Positions 8,835 through 20,118 of a stretch of DNA of 64,000 bases are shown one piece after another. The notes under the pieces were generated by a model that worked only from the letters and a program-made list of their open reading frames with translations, was not told where the DNA came from and searched no databases. Origin of the DNA: Pseudidiomarina aestuarii (GTDB taxonomy: Bacteria; Pseudomonadota; Gammaproteobacteria; Enterobacterales; Alteromonadaceae); contig NZ_JBLXDX010000007.1 of the NCBI RefSeq assembly GCF_048263735.1, positions 5,146 to 69,145 of the forward strand, written 5' to 3'. The position numbers and the translations under genes are program-made. Each line of letters begins with the position of its first letter. Position 1 is the stretch's first letter.

Positions 8835-10484
8835 TTGAGCGATCCAGTTTTTGCTGAAGTGAGTCAAGAAGCGCTACTGAAAATCTTCACGATTCCAGAG
8901 GCGCCTGATTCTACTTTGGGGAAAATCGAAAAGCATTTGTCTGAGAATCTCATGGGATTCTTGGGTGAGCATATTGTTGCCCGCGAGAAGCCGTTGCATG
9001 AAATCGAGCAGAGCTTTTGCGCCAGTCAGGTGCCGGAAGACCCTCGCTATGTTTCTGATCATACCGAATTCTTGTTAAATAACCTCGTTGCGCATTCGGT
9101 CCATACGTCCTCGCCTCGCTTTATTGGACACATGACATCGGCCTTGCCGTACTTCCTCATGCCATTGGCCAAACTGATGGTTGGTCTCAATCAGAACCTC
9201 GTTAAAATTGAGACGTCAAAAGCGTTTACACCGCTCGAGCGGAACGTGCTAGGGATGTTGCATCACTTGGTGTACCAACGCGATGACGCCTTTTATCAAC
9301 GATGGATGCACAGTGCACAGCACTCATTGGGTGCAATGTGTTCAGGTGGTACCGTGGCCAACATCACAGCGTTGTGGGTGGCTCGCAACTTGCTACTCAA
9401 GCCTGATGCCAACTTTGCTGGCATTGCTAACGAGGGGTTAGCGGCTGGTTTGGCGCATTATGGTTACAAGCGTTTAACGGTGATGGTGTCTGAGCGTGGT
9501 CACTATTCACTGGCCAAGGCTGCAGACGTGTTGGGTATAGGACGTAAGAATTTAGTCGCGATTCCAACCGATGAGCATAACCGCATTCGTATTGATAAGT
9601 TGCGTGAAGCCTGTGAGCGAGTCGCTGCGGACGGCGGTCGTGTTCTTGCCATTATTGGTGTGGGCGGCGCAACCGAAACTGGGCATATCGACCCACTACC
9701 AGAGCTGGCGGACTACGCTGAAGAAATTGGCGCTCACTTTCATGTCGATGCCGCATGGGGTGGGGCAACTTTGATGTCATCCACCCATCGTGATTTGTTG
9801 GCCGGAGTCGAGCGCGCCGATACGGTAACCATTGATGCCCATAAGCAAATGTATGTGCCGATGGGTGCTGGTATGGTGTTGTTCCGTGACCCGAGCATGG
9901 TACGCGCAATCGAACACCATGCTGAGTATGTGATTCGCCATGGTTCTAAAGATCTGGGTGCTCACACTATGGAAGGTTCTCGTCCAGGTATGGCGATGCT
10001 GGTTTATTCAGCGTTACATGTGATGGGCCGACGTGGTTATGAATTACTGATTGATCAGAGTATCGATAAAGCTAAACATTTTGCCGAACTGATTCGTCAG
10101 CAACCTGATTTTGAGGTCATTACTGACCCCAAACTATGCATTTTGACCTATCGTTTTGTGCCCGCACGAATGCGCCAAGCGATTCAAGCGGCTACGCCAG
10201 AGCAAATTCGCCGTATTACCCCGCATTTAAACGCGCTAACGCGGTTTATCCAGAAACGCCAACGGGAGACGGGTAACTCATTCGTATCGCGTACGAAGTT
10301 ATTACCGGCACATTATCATCGGGAGCCAACCGTGGTGTTCCGTGTGGTTCTGGCAAATCCGTTGACGACCACCGAGATGCTCGAAGAAATACTGCAAGAG
10401 CAAAGAGACATTGCGTCGCAAGCCATGAGCTTGCGCGCTGCTTTGTTTACCGAGATGCGGGAACTCGGCCTGATTCGCGACTAA
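8835..10484 (+). CDS. panP: PLP-dependent aspartate 1-decarboxylase PanP (group II decarboxylase)
   Basis: [30 protein letters not shown] (PLP lysine) and EGSRPG motifs. Likely TTG start at 8835 with SD AAGGA. Adjacent to panC/panB. Confidence 0.88.
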   Translation: MSDPVFAEVSQEALLKIFTIPEAPDSTLGKIEKHLSENLMGFLGEHIVAREKPLHEIEQSFCASQVPEDPRYVSDHTEFLLNNLVAHSVHTSSPRFIGHMTSALPYFLMPLAKLMVGLNQNLVKIETSKAFTPLERNVLGMLHHLVYQRDDAFYQRWMHSAQHSLGAMCSGGTVANITALWVARNLLLKPDANFAGIANEGLAAGLAHYGYKRLTVMVSERGHYSLAKAADVLGIGRKNLVAIPTDEHNRIRIDKLREACERVAADGGRVLAIIGVGGATETGHIDPLPELADYAEEIGAHFHVDAAWGGATLMSSTHRDLLAGVERADTVTIDAHKQMYVPMGAGMVLFRDPSMVRAIEHHAEYVIRHGSKDLGAHTMEGSRPGMAMLVYSALHVMGRRGYELLIDQSIDKAKHFAELIRQQPDFEVITDPKLCILTYRFVPARMRQAIQAATPEQIRRITPHLNALTRFIQKRQRETGNSFVSRTKLLPAHYHREPTVVFRVVLANPLTTTEMLEEILQEQRDIASQAMSLRAALFTEMRELGLIRD

Positions 10485-11317
10485 CGGTCAAACGCGAGGT
10501 TGTCGATCAGGCGTGTCTTGCCTAAGAATGCAGCAACTAACATCACCAATTCACGGTCAGCAGGCTGCGGACGTTGTAAATCTGAACTCCGGCGCACTTC
10601 CACATAGTCAATGCGTAACCCTTGCTGCGACAAGATTTTTCGAGCTTGCTGTTCCGCTACTTCAATAGCCAGACCTTGCTGAATTGCCGCGGCAGTTTGT
10701 TGGAGTGTTTGATAGATAATCGGTGCTTGCGCACGCTCCGATTCGGACAAATAACCGTTACGTGAACTTAAGGCTAGACCATCGTCGGCACGCTCGGTTG
10801 GCATGCCCAGTATTGTAACTGGCAAGCTCAGGTCCGCAGTCATTAATCGAATGACTTGGAGCTGTTGAAAGTCTTTCTCGCCAAAAATAGCGACGTCAGG
10901 TTGCACCATATTAAATAGTTTGGCCACGATGGTCGCTACGCCACGAAAGTGTCCAGGGCGACTGGCGCCGCAGAGTATATCTGAAATACCGGGTACTTCG
11001 ATGGTCGTCTGTTCCGCTAAACCTCGCGGATACACATCCGCAACCGTGGGAGCAAAGACAGCCGCCGCACCGCGTTCAATTAGTGCAGCACAATCAGCAT
11101 CAAAGGTACGCGGATAGGCGTCCAGGTCTTCATTTTTGCCAAACTGCATGGGGTTCACGAAAATACTGACCACAACGTGATCGGCTTGTTGCTGAGCCAT
11201 ATCGACTAGCTTTAAGTGACCTTCGTGCAAATTTCCCATGGTAGGAACTAATGCAACGGAGCCCTCAAGGAGGCTGCGCCAAGCACGGAGTTCGTCGAGA
11301 CTTTTCAGAACCTGCAT
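10481..11317 (-). CDS. panC: Pantoate-beta-alanine ligase
   Basis: [25 protein letters not shown] and RLIDN motifs. Confidence 0.97.
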   Translation of the reverse strand: MQVLKSLDELRAWRSLLEGSVALVPTMGNLHEGHLKLVDMAQQQADHVVVSIFVNPMQFGKNEDLDAYPRTFDADCAALIERGAAAVFAPTVADVYPRGLAEQTTIEVPGISDILCGASRPGHFRGVATIVAKLFNMVQPDVAIFGEKDFQQLQVIRLMTADLSLPVTILGMPTERADDGLALSSRNGYLSESERAQAPIIYQTLQQTAAAIQQGLAIEVAEQQARKILSQQGLRIDYVEVRRSSDLQRPQPADRELVMLVAAFLGKTRLIDNLAFDR

Positions 11318-11335
11318 GAATGAATGTCCGCTTGA

Positions 11336-12130
11336 TTATGAGAACGTATGTTCTGGGCCAGGAAAGGTACCTGTCTTCACTTCGTCAATGTAGAGACGAA
11401 CGGCAGCTTCCAATGAGCCGGATTCGGCAAGGAAGTTTTTGACGAATTTCGGTAGGTAGTCACTGTTCATCCCGAGCATGTCGTGCATGACGAGAATCTG
11501 TCCATCACAGTCTTTACCTGCGCCAATACCAATAACTGGAATATGTAGCTTCGTGCTAATCAAATCGGCTAGTTCGCTGGGCACACATTCTAAAACCAAC
11601 AATTGTGCACCGGCCTCTTGCAGGGCGAGCGCATGCCGAACTGTTTGTTCTGCGGCCGATTGGTCTCGACCTTGTACCTTATAACCACCCAGTACATTCA
11701 CCGATTGCGGCAGTAATCCTAAGTGTGCGCAGACCGGTACGCCACGCTCAACCAAGCCTCGAATAGTTTCTATTAACCACTCGCCACCTTCAAGCTTGAC
11801 CATATTCGCGCCAGCACGCATCAGCTCAGCGGCTTCGGTGTAGGCTTGCGCAGGAGTGCTATAGGACATGAATGGCATGTCGGCGATTACGAATGCATTT
11901 GGTGCGCCATTGCGCACACAGCGCGTATGGTAGGCCACATCGGCAACGGTTACTGGCAGGGTGGAGCTGGCGCCTTGAATCACATTACCGAGTGAGTCAC
12001 CCACTAACATGAAGTCCATACCACAGCTGTCAAATAGCTTAGCGAAGCTAGAGTCGTAGGCGGTGATCGAGACGATTTTGTCGCCGTTTGCTTTCATTTT
12101 ATTGAGGGTAGCAATGGTCGTCGCGGCCAT
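11336..12130 (-). CDS. panB: 3-methyl-2-oxobutanoate hydroxymethyltransferase
   Basis: LVGDSLG, ADMPF, VKLEGG and GIGAG..DGQILV.HD motifs. Confidence 0.97.
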   Translation of the reverse strand: MAATTIATLNKMKANGDKIVSITAYDSSFAKLFDSCGMDFMLVGDSLGNVIQGASSTLPVTVADVAYHTRCVRNGAPNAFVIADMPFMSYSTPAQAYTEAAELMRAGANMVKLEGGEWLIETIRGLVERGVPVCAHLGLLPQSVNVLGGYKVQGRDQSAAEQTVRHALALQEAGAQLLVLECVPSELADLISTKLHIPVIGIGAGKDCDGQILVMHDMLGMNSDYLPKFVKNFLAESGSLEAAVRLYIDEVKTGTFPGPEHTFS

Positions 12131-12178
12131 AAATGACTCCTGCAGTGTGTCATGTGTCCTGATTGAACGCCGATTGTA

Positions 12179-12658
12179 TCAGTTAATTTTCTGCAAATCA
12201 TGATCGGCAATGCTGGCTAAACAGTCGTGCAAGCGCTTGCCATTGGGCAACGTCAGGGTGGGCGTTAGTTCGTAAAGTGGTATCACCACAAAATCGCGTA
12301 CTTCGACCCCGGGGTGGGGCAGGGTTAACCGAGCATCTTGGTAAATCAAATTGGCATACAGGAGCAAATCTAAATCTAGCGTCCGTTCGCCCCACCGCCG
12401 CTGGCGTTGCCGACCAAATTCTTGTTCGATAGCTTGCAGCGTGTCTAATACGTCGATTGGCGAAAGTTCGGTGTCAGCAGCAACGACAGCATTCACATAG
12501 TCCGGTTGGTCTTGTGGCCCCATAGGTTTGCTGCGATAACAGGAAGATGCCGTTACCGCCGTTAATGCGGAGTGATTCTGCAAGGTCTGGATTGCATCAC
12601 GCACAGTCTGCAATGGGTCGCCGAGATTGCCACCAACCGCGATGTATATGCGTGCCAC
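12179..12658 (-). CDS. folK: 2-amino-4-hydroxy-6-hydroxymethyldihydropteridine diphosphokinase
   Basis: YIAVGGNL, RWGERTLDLDLL and PHP motifs. Confidence 0.96.
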   Translation of the reverse strand: MARIYIAVGGNLGDPLQTVRDAIQTLQNHSALTAVTASSCYRSKPMGPQDQPDYVNAVVAADTELSPIDVLDTLQAIEQEFGRQRQRRWGERTLDLDLLLYANLIYQDARLTLPHPGVEVRDFVVIPLYELTPTLTLPNGKRLHDCLASIADHDLQKIN

Positions 12659-12664
12659 AGCTAA

Positions 12665-14086
12665 TTAATCCGAGTCGGTACGTGGTTTGCGTCGACGGCC
12701 ACCGCGGCGACCACGTTTTTTCTTCGGCGCAGCACTTTCCTCAGCAACGCGAGCATCTCTTGCTGTCGCGACCGCACCTGGAAACTTCGCTTGTTGCTGG
12801 GTCCAAAAGTCCGCCTGCTGTTGCAAGTGTTGTTGCTCAGCGGGTGTGGCTGTTTTGGCGCGCAATAACAAGAAATCGTAGGCAGCGCGGAATCGCGGAT
12901 GAGTCAGTAACGACTGAATACGTTTACCGCGAGCACGTTCCATGCGCTGTTGTAGTTGCCAAATTTCCCGCGCAGGGATACTAAACCGCTTGGGTACTGC
13001 GATAGTTTGTACTTGCTTACCGAATACGTCTGCAGCAGCTAAATTCATGGCATCAACCGGCGGCAGTCCACTTTCCGCCATCAGAATTTCCATTCGTGCT
13101 TGCAGCGGCCACCATAACAGTGCGGCAAATAAATAGGCTGGCGTAATGCGTTGATCGTTACGAATCCGCTCATCGGTATCAGCGAAGGTCTGCCGGATCA
13201 TCTGATACGGCGCTTCATCGGGTTCTTTGATGTAGTTTTTGAGCAGCGGAAACAGTTGCTGAAACAGGTGGTAGTCGCTCAACATCTCGAAATTAGCGAC
13301 ACCTTTGCCGGCAGCGAACAGCTTTAAGACTTCTTCAAATAAGCGCGCTGCAGGAATGTTCTGCAACAGCGGTGCGAGCTGTCGAATAGGGGCTTCAACA
13401 CTGCTATCCATACGCATGCTGAGTTTGGTGGCAAACCTTATGGCACGAAGCATTCGTACGGGGTCTTCACGATACCGTTGGTCTGCATCACCAATCATCC
13501 GCAATACACCAGCATTCAAATCTTTGACGCCATTAGCAAAATCATAAATCGCGAAATCGGCAATGTTGTAATACAACGCATTGACGGTAAAGTCGCGGCG
13601 CTGGGCATCTTCTTCAATGGTGCCGTAAACATTGTCACGAACCAGCATGCCTTCATCATCGGCCTTGGCGACTTTTGCCGACTGCTCATCGGTTTCGACT
13701 TCGTGGTGGCCACGGAATGTTGCCACTTCAATAATTTCGCGACCGAACACCACATGAGCCAGGCGGAAACGGCGCCCGACTAAGCGACAATTGCGGAACA
13801 GTCCGCGCACTTGCTCCGGCTTCGCGTTGGTCGCCACGTCAAAATCTTTGGGTTCTAAACCGAGCAACAAGTCACGGACACAACCACCCACAAGATAGGC
13901 TTCAAATCCTGCATTGTGGAGTCGATACAAAACTTTGAGCGCGTGCTCAGGTATAGATTTGCGAGAGATCGGATGTTGATCGCGAGTCACCACAATAGGT
14001 TGTGCAAGAATATTGGCAGGTAACCCTTGAGCATCCGGTTGGCGCTTCATTGCGCGCTGCGCAAGTGCTTTGATCCGTTTAATGAT
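12665..14086 (-). CDS. pcnB: Poly(A) polymerase I. ORF track starts at ATG 14050; the true start is probably ATC 14086 or ATT 14083
   Basis: GGCVRDLLLG..PKDFDVAT, RRDFTVNALYY and EDPVRMLRA motifs plus a basic C-terminal tail. An SD precedes only the upstream ATC/ATT. Confidence 0.93.
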   Translation of the reverse strand: MIKRIKALAQRAMKRQPDAQGLPANILAQPIVVTRDQHPISRKSIPEHALKVLYRLHNAGFEAYLVGGCVRDLLLGLEPKDFDVATNAKPEQVRGLFRNCRLVGRRFRLAHVVFGREIIEVATFRGHHEVETDEQSAKVAKADDEGMLVRDNVYGTIEEDAQRRDFTVNALYYNIADFAIYDFANGVKDLNAGVLRMIGDADQRYREDPVRMLRAIRFATKLSMRMDSSVEAPIRQLAPLLQNIPAARLFEEVLKLFAAGKGVANFEMLSDYHLFQQLFPLLKNYIKEPDEAPYQMIRQTFADTDERIRNDQRITPAYLFAALLWWPLQARMEILMAESGLPPVDAMNLAAADVFGKQVQTIAVPKRFSIPAREIWQLQQRMERARGKRIQSLLTHPRFRAAYDFLLLRAKTATPAEQQHLQQQADFWTQQQAKFPGAVATARDARVAEESAAPKKKRGRRGGRRRKPRTDSD

Positions 14087-14151
14087 AACGTCGTCTCCAG
14101 CAAGAATGACGGTTGTTTAAAAAGGCGTCTATTGTAGCGTGCCTACCGATG

Positions 14152-15009
14152 TCAGGGAAGATACTTCGTTTGCCAAGCGCGAATCGCTTGCTCGAGTAAA
14201 CGCTCTTTAGTGGTTGCTTCGAGCCACCCCAACCCCAGAAACTCCGCTGCCTGTTGTAATTGGGCCAGACACTGATTCGATTGCAGCGCTGGCGCATGAT
14301 TTTGCTTCGACAGTTTGCGACCTTGCGGATCGAGCGCAACTGGGACGTGCGCGAGTTTCGGTTGCCGTCCTGCTAAGGTATTCCATAAGGTGAGCTGCCA
14401 ACTGGTGGCGGTAAGTAAATCAGCACCTCGTACAATATCGGTAACCTGTTGTTCAATGTCATCGACGACCACGGCGAGCTGATAGGTAAACAGCCCATCA
14501 CGACGAAACAGGACAAAATCTTCGCCGCCAAAATCAGGTTCGATGACTACTGCGCCGGCAATACGATCGTGAAAGCTTAATTGCGGCGAGTCATTTTTAA
14601 AGCGGATGGCGGCGCGTGGCGCTTGCTCGGGTGTATACCCATGTGCTCGACAAATACCGGTGTAAAATGGACCACGTGCTTTGATTTCGCGGCGCGTGCA
14701 GATACAACGATACGTCAAGTGTCGTTGATTTAATTGCTCTAGGGCGTCGTGATAACGGTCGTGGCGCTGACTTTGATAGAGCACTTCGCCATCCCACTGC
14801 AGGCCATGTTGGTCGAGTTGCTCCAGGATCTGTTGATCAGCACCAGCAACGGCGCGCGGCGTATCAATATCTTCGATGCGGACTAACCAACGACCGTGTT
14901 GAGCTTTTGCATCCAGATAGCTGGCGAGGGCGGCTACGAGCGAGCCAAAATGAAGAGGCCCCGACGGGGTCGGGGCAAAGCGACCACAATACTGATAGTG
15001 AGCGGCCAT
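14152..15009 (-). CDS. gluQ: Glutamyl-Q tRNA(Asp) synthetase
   Basis: RFAPTPSGPLHFGSL, KLSKQ; catalytic domain only; 1 nt downstream of dksA. Confidence 0.95.
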   Translation of the reverse strand: MAAHYQYCGRFAPTPSGPLHFGSLVAALASYLDAKAQHGRWLVRIEDIDTPRAVAGADQQILEQLDQHGLQWDGEVLYQSQRHDRYHDALEQLNQRHLTYRCICTRREIKARGPFYTGICRAHGYTPEQAPRAAIRFKNDSPQLSFHDRIAGAVVIEPDFGGEDFVLFRRDGLFTYQLAVVVDDIEQQVTDIVRGADLLTATSWQLTLWNTLAGRQPKLAHVPVALDPQGRKLSKQNHAPALQSNQCLAQLQQAAEFLGLGWLEATTKERLLEQAIRAWQTKYLP

Positions 15010-15010
15010 A

Positions 15011-15463
15011 TTAGGCGCCGGTCATTTGCTTCTCTTTGATTTCCGCAAGCGTTTTACAATCGACACATTGGTCAGCTGTAGGACGCGCTTCCAGACGACG
15101 GATACCGATTTCGATTCCGCAGCTATCACAGAAGCCAAAGTCATCTGCTTCGATTTTTTGCAGCGTTTTTTCAATTTTCTTGATGAGCTTGCGTTCACGG
15201 TCACGAGTCCGCAGTTCTAAGCTGAACTCTTCTTCTTGCGCGGCGCGATCGACAGGATCAGGAAAGTTTGCTGCTTCATCTTTCATATGGTGAACAGTAC
15301 GGTCGACTTCTTCACGAAGTTGCGTACGCCACACTTCTAAAATCTTTTTGAAGTGTGCGCGTTGTTTCTCATTCATATACTCTTCGCCAGCCTTCTCTTC
15401 ATAGGGCTCTAAGCCGGCTAGCGCCAGAATGCCATGGGTTTTCTTCGGCGTTCCTTGAGGCAT
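15011..15463 (-). CDS. dksA: RNA polymerase-binding transcription factor DksA
   Basis: FPDPVDRA coiled-coil tip; CDSC...CVDC zinc finger; SD AGGAG before ATG 15463. Confidence 0.97.
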   Translation of the reverse strand: MPQGTPKKTHGILALAGLEPYEEKAGEEYMNEKQRAHFKKILEVWRTQLREEVDRTVHHMKDEAANFPDPVDRAAQEEEFSLELRTRDRERKLIKKIEKTLQKIEADDFGFCDSCGIEIGIRRLEARPTADQCVDCKTLAEIKEKQMTGA

Positions 15464-15579
15464 TATGGATCTCCTGTATGAGACATTGTCGAAAAGGGCA
15501 AACTGTATACCAGAATCTAAAAACTGACGCAATTTTTTCTTCGTAACGGGATGCGAATATTTACCCGTAAAAGTGTGCA

Positions 15580-16287
15580 CTACAGTACGGGAAGCTCCCC
15601 AACCGGATCAATCCCATGTTGCGAAATAACACATTTCAAAGCATGGAACTGTACGCCCTGCTTGCGTGCTAACGACACTGTCTCGGCGTACTTAGCATCA
15701 ATGTGTGCCGCCGCACTGACGCGCTCAATCCCGCTATGGAGAACAACGTACAGAACCCCCGCGCGCTGGCCTGCGCTAGTCATCTCAATCAAACTGTGGA
15801 GATGTTGTGTAGCGCGGACGCTGGTGGTATCGGGGAAGAAGCCCTGACCAGCGGATTCTGCTAGCGTGACACTTTTGACTTCAATATAAACAGAGCGACC
15901 TTCTGCATCCTCGCCAACCCAGTCAATTCTGCGATTATCGCTGCCATATTTAACTTCAGCGCGCCATTCTTTGACGTCAGCGTAGGCAGGAATCAAACCT
16001 TGTTGCAGTGCTTCGCCGGCCACCGTATTGGCGCGTTGCGTATGCACACAGATGCGATCGCCGCTGGCTGTTTCAGCTAACTCCCAGGTGTAGCGATATT
16101 TCCGTTTGGGATTATTAGAGTCACTTAACCAAACTCGCATGCCGGGTTCTGCACAGCCTGTCATGGCGCCTGTGTTGGGGCAATGGGCGGTCAGTTCCGT
16201 GCCGTCTTGCTCCAGTTTTACGTCGGCTAAAAAGCGTTTGTAGCGTTTTTCCAGCCTTGCGCCGATAAGTGGCTTGATAAACTTCAT
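15580..16287 (-). CDS. sfsA: DNA/RNA nuclease SfsA
   Basis: [24 protein letters not shown] and FPD motifs. Confidence 0.95.
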   Translation of the reverse strand: MKFIKPLIGARLEKRYKRFLADVKLEQDGTELTAHCPNTGAMTGCAEPGMRVWLSDSNNPKRKYRYTWELAETASGDRICVHTQRANTVAGEALQQGLIPAYADVKEWRAEVKYGSDNRRIDWVGEDAEGRSVYIEVKSVTLAESAGQGFFPDTTSVRATQHLHSLIEMTSAGQRAGVLYVVLHSGIERVSAAAHIDAKYAETVSLARKQGVQFHALKCVISQHGIDPVGELPVL

Positions 16288-16351
16288 TGTCAGCCCCACA
16301 CTGGTTGGATACCATAGAAAGAATTCGCAAACATACTGGGAGCTGTGTCAC

Positions 16352-17653
16352 ATGTCTACTGCGTATCCAATTCATTTATCCTCCGCCAAACCTGCCGTGA
16401 ACGGTTGGAAAGCGAGTGCAGCTGTTTATCCGGGTGATCAAGCAGCGACTATCTACCTTGAGGCTGATGAAGCAGAGAACTTACGCAAGATTCAGCGGGC
16501 TGGACGTCAGCTCGACGGAATCGGCATTCACAGTGTTGCGCTTAGTGGCAATGACTGGGACCAAGAGCGGCAATGGGCCTTTGCTCGTGGTTACATGGAT
16601 ACACTCAGTAAAAATACTATCGACTGGGCGGGACACGATGCAGCTGCAGTAGAACATCTCGAACAACTGCTCGATACAACTGTATGGGCACGTGAACTCG
16701 TCAACTTGCCGCCTAATGCGATTTATCCTGAGTCGCTTGCTGAACGGGTGATTGAAAAGCTGACCGCGGTTGGACAAAACAAAATCCAATGCCGAGTCAT
16801 TAAAGGTGACGAGTTGCTGAAGGAAGGTTGGACCGGTATTCATACGGTAGGCCGTGCCAGCATCAAGCCTCCGCTCATGCTTATTGTCGATTACAATCCA
16901 ACCGGTCAAGCAGACGCTCCTACGCAAGCGGTCCTGGTCGGTAAAGGAATTACCTTCGATAGCGGCGGTTATAGCATCAAGTCTAGCGAAGGCATGGTCT
17001 CCATGAAGTGCGATATGGCGGGTGCCGCGACCGTTGCTGGCGCGTTGGCATTGGCTATTCAACAAGGTTTGAATGAACGTGTGCAACTGGTCCTATGCTG
17101 CGCAGAAAACTTGATTGATGGACACGCATACAAACTCGGCGACATTATTACCTATAAAAATGGAATGACCGTTGAGATTGTGAACACCGATGCCGAAGGT
17201 CGTTTAGTCTTGGCGGATGGACTGCAATATGCCGGTGAAACAGGTGCGCCGTTGATCATTGATGCGGCGACGTTGACGGGTGCCGCGCAGGTTGCTGTTG
17301 GCAATGAATATAATGCGTTGTTCAGTGTTGATGACCAGCAGGCGAATCGCGCTTTAGCATTTGCGGATGAAACCAATGAATTGTTATGGCGGTTACCTTT
17401 GCAGCAATGGCATAAGAAAAACTGTCCATCACCGTTCGCTGATACGGCCAATAGTCGACCACAAAAAGGTGGTGGTACTGGTGGTGCCAGTAACGCAGCT
17501 GGGTTTTTGCTGAATTTTGCGCCGCGCAATGGGGAAGGCTGGTTACACTTTGATATTGCGGGCGCGTATCACGCCAGTGCGACTGGACTGAATGCCGCGG
17601 GCGCGACTGCACTCGGTATCCGCACCATTTCCCGTTTATTACGCAGCCAATAA
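16352..17653 (+). CDS. pepB: M17 aminopeptidase PepB
   Basis: GKGITFDSGGYSIK, MKCDM, NTDAEGRL, ATLTGA and HFDIAG motifs. Confidence 0.92.
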   Translation: MSTAYPIHLSSAKPAVNGWKASAAVYPGDQAATIYLEADEAENLRKIQRAGRQLDGIGIHSVALSGNDWDQERQWAFARGYMDTLSKNTIDWAGHDAAAVEHLEQLLDTTVWARELVNLPPNAIYPESLAERVIEKLTAVGQNKIQCRVIKGDELLKEGWTGIHTVGRASIKPPLMLIVDYNPTGQADAPTQAVLVGKGITFDSGGYSIKSSEGMVSMKCDMAGAATVAGALALAIQQGLNERVQLVLCCAENLIDGHAYKLGDIITYKNGMTVEIVNTDAEGRLVLADGLQYAGETGAPLIIDAATLTGAAQVAVGNEYNALFSVDDQQANRALAFADETNELLWRLPLQQWHKKNCPSPFADTANSRPQKGGGTGGASNAAGFLLNFAPRNGEGWLHFDIAGAYHASATGLNAAGATALGIRTISRLLRSQ

Positions 17654-20118
17654 TGACCACTCCTGCAGCGCTGCCGATTGCAGCGTTGCTGCCCTCCATT
17701 TTAGAGCAACTGGCAGCACCGGCAGCACGTCTCGTCATTGAAGCACCTCCCGGTGCCGGCAAGTCGACTGCGCTGCCATTAGCCTTACTGCAAAACCTAC
17801 AACTACCGGGCCGTATCGTACTGCTGCAACCGCGGCGTCTTGCCGTGCTCTCTATTGCACACTATCTGGCGGAACAATTGGGCGAGTCCGTTGGGCAGCA
17901 AGTCGGTTATCAAATTCGCGGTGATAGCGCATTCAGCGCCGGCACGCGGCTGATGATCATGACTGAGGGGTTGTTTGTGCAGCAGTTGCAGAACGATCCT
18001 GAATTGGCCAGTGTGAGTTTGGTGCTATTTGACGAGTTTCATGAGCGCAATGCCGCTGGTGACTTGGCCTTAGCCATGTTGCAGGAGACATTGAGTCTGC
18101 GCACCGATCTCAGTGTGGTGGTGATGTCAGCGACAATTCCTGCCACCGCTATTGCGGCTTGGCTTGAAACTGATGCGATAGTGCGCAGTGAAGGCCGTCA
18201 GTATCCGATTAGTATTGAATATCGCCCCGTACGTTCTGATCAGCCTTATCTCAAGGCATTGACTCCCGTAGTTAGCGAAGCGATTCAGCGGGCTGAACAG
18301 GGTGTGTTGGTGTTCGTGCCGGGAATTGCCGAAATTGAACGTGTGTTGGAATCACTCGCCCATCGTGACGATATCGAATGCCTCCCGCTGCACAGTCAAT
18401 TGCAGCGCGCAGACCAGCAGCGTGTGCTCAAACCAGCGACCAAAAAGCGCGTGATTGTGGCGACGAATATTGCTGAAACTAGTGTCACTTTGCCCGGTAT
18501 TGATGTTGTGGTTGATAGTGGTCGTGAGCGCGTCGCACATTTTTATCCGCAGCATGGCATTAGTCGCTTATTAACCAAGCGCATCAGTCAAGCATCAGCT
18601 ACCCAGCGCGCAGGTCGAGCAGGACGGTTAGGACCTGGCGTGTGCTTTCGATTGTGGGCCGCTCAAGACGAACATGGGATGCGCGATTACAATCCAGCCG
18701 AAATCGAAATTGCTGATCTGACGCAGTTTGTTTTGGAGTGCAAGCGTTGGGGGAGTGAACCTGCTCAACTGCGTTTCTTGACTCCTCCGAATCAGACCCA
18801 TGTTGAGGTTTGTGAGTCACTCTTGACCGATTGGGGTGCGCTTGCTCATAAAGGTACATCCACCGCAGTCACCGCGGCTGGACGAGCGCTCGCACAGTTA
18901 GGCACCGATATTCGTTATGGTTTCATCATCCGCGCAGCAGAAGCAGATTCCCGAGCCACCAAAAGCTTAGCCGCCTTGGTTATTGCGCAGTTGGAACAAC
19001 CGCCGCGCGGAGCGGATGCCGAGTTTCCGCTGCCGCCAGAACGATTGCAAGGCCTGACACGGCAGCGCTGGCGCTATTGGCTTCAGCATTTCAAACTTGA
19101 TGAGCAAGAAGCCAAGGCAAGTTGGCGTAGTGCGGATGTTGCACAATTACTGCTGCATGGCTTTGCTGATCGAATTGCGCAGCGCCGTGGTTCCAGTGAT
19201 CGCTATATTTTGGTTTATGGCGGCGGTGCTCGATTACACGAGACCGCGTCAGTAGCACGCAGTGATTATTTGCTCGCCATCAATTTGAGTTTCAATGAAC
19301 AAAGCCCTGATGCGTTGTTGCGACAAGTCATTCCATTGTCTCAGGCTGATCTCGAGCATCCTGCAGTGCATATTCAGGAGCAGACGAACGCTGGCTTTTT
19401 TGGACCACAACAACGTTTGCAACGTCGTCGACAGTGGCGACTTGGCGCGGTTGTTTTGAAAGAACAGGAACTGACAGGCAGTATTCCAGTCGAGGAACGT
19501 ATTGAGGCTTTGGTGAGTGCCTGCCAGCAGCAGCCTGCGCGCACTTTAGAAGACCTTCCGATACGTTGGTCTCCGGCATGTCGACAGTGGCTGGCGCGCG
19601 TTGCGATGTTGCGCCAACATGCGCCAGAGCTGGACTTGCCGGACCTCGGTCCGGTGTGGTTGCAGCAAGAGTTGGCGCTCTGGGCAGCGCCCTATTGGCA
19701 ATCAATTCAGACGTTGAATGAGCTGCAGCAATGGGATCCACTACCGGCACTCAAACAGCAATTAACGTATGCGCAACAGCAGCAACTGGAGCAGGAGTGT
19801 CCTGCAACATGGCAAGCACCCAGTGGCCGCACGCATGCTATTGATTACACCGCAGACCAACCCACTGTTGCTGTGAAGCTGCAAGAAGTATTTGGTGAGC
19901 CCGTCTCACCACGATTGGCTCGCCAACAAGTCACGCTTACCTTAGATTTACTCTCGCCAGCCGGGCGGCTATTGCAACGGACTCGAGATTTAGCTAGTTT
20001 TTGGCAGAACGCCTACCAAGATGTCAAAAAAGAAATGAAAGGTCGCTATCCTAAGCATTCATGGCCGGATGATCCGGTTCAAGCAATGGCTACACATAAA
20101 ACCAAGAGACAGTTGTAA
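17653..20118 (+). CDS. hrpB: ATP-dependent helicase HrpB (DEAH)
   Basis: APPGAGKST, DEFHER, MSAT, ATNIAETSVT, QRAGRAGR and KGRYPKH.WPDDP motifs; TAATG overlap with pepB. Confidence 0.95.
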   Translation: MTTPAALPIAALLPSILEQLAAPAARLVIEAPPGAGKSTALPLALLQNLQLPGRIVLLQPRRLAVLSIAHYLAEQLGESVGQQVGYQIRGDSAFSAGTRLMIMTEGLFVQQLQNDPELASVSLVLFDEFHERNAAGDLALAMLQETLSLRTDLSVVVMSATIPATAIAAWLETDAIVRSEGRQYPISIEYRPVRSDQPYLKALTPVVSEAIQRAEQGVLVFVPGIAEIERVLESLAHRDDIECLPLHSQLQRADQQRVLKPATKKRVIVATNIAETSVTLPGIDVVVDSGRERVAHFYPQHGISRLLTKRISQASATQRAGRAGRLGPGVCFRLWAAQDEHGMRDYNPAEIEIADLTQFVLECKRWGSEPAQLRFLTPPNQTHVEVCESLLTDWGALAHKGTSTAVTAAGRALAQLGTDIRYGFIIRAAEADSRATKSLAALVIAQLEQPPRGADAEFPLPPERLQGLTRQRWRYWLQHFKLDEQEAKASWRSADVAQLLLHGFADRIAQRRGSSDRYILVYGGGARLHETASVARSDYLLAINLSFNEQSPDALLRQVIPLSQADLEHPAVHIQEQTNAGFFGPQQRLQRRRQWRLGAVVLKEQELTGSIPVEERIEALVSACQQQPARTLEDLPIRWSPACRQWLARVAMLRQHAPELDLPDLGPVWLQQELALWAAPYWQSIQTLNELQQWDPLPALKQQLTYAQQQQLEQECPATWQAPSGRTHAIDYTADQPTVAVKLQEVFGEPVSPRLARQQVTLTLDLLSPAGRLLQRTRDLASFWQNAYQDVKKEMKGRYPKHSWPDDPVQAMATHKTKRQL

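Noticed and set aside
15820-15827. Chi-like GCTGGTGG octamers
   Set aside because: Only isolated occurrences inside CDSs were seen, with no evident enrichment.
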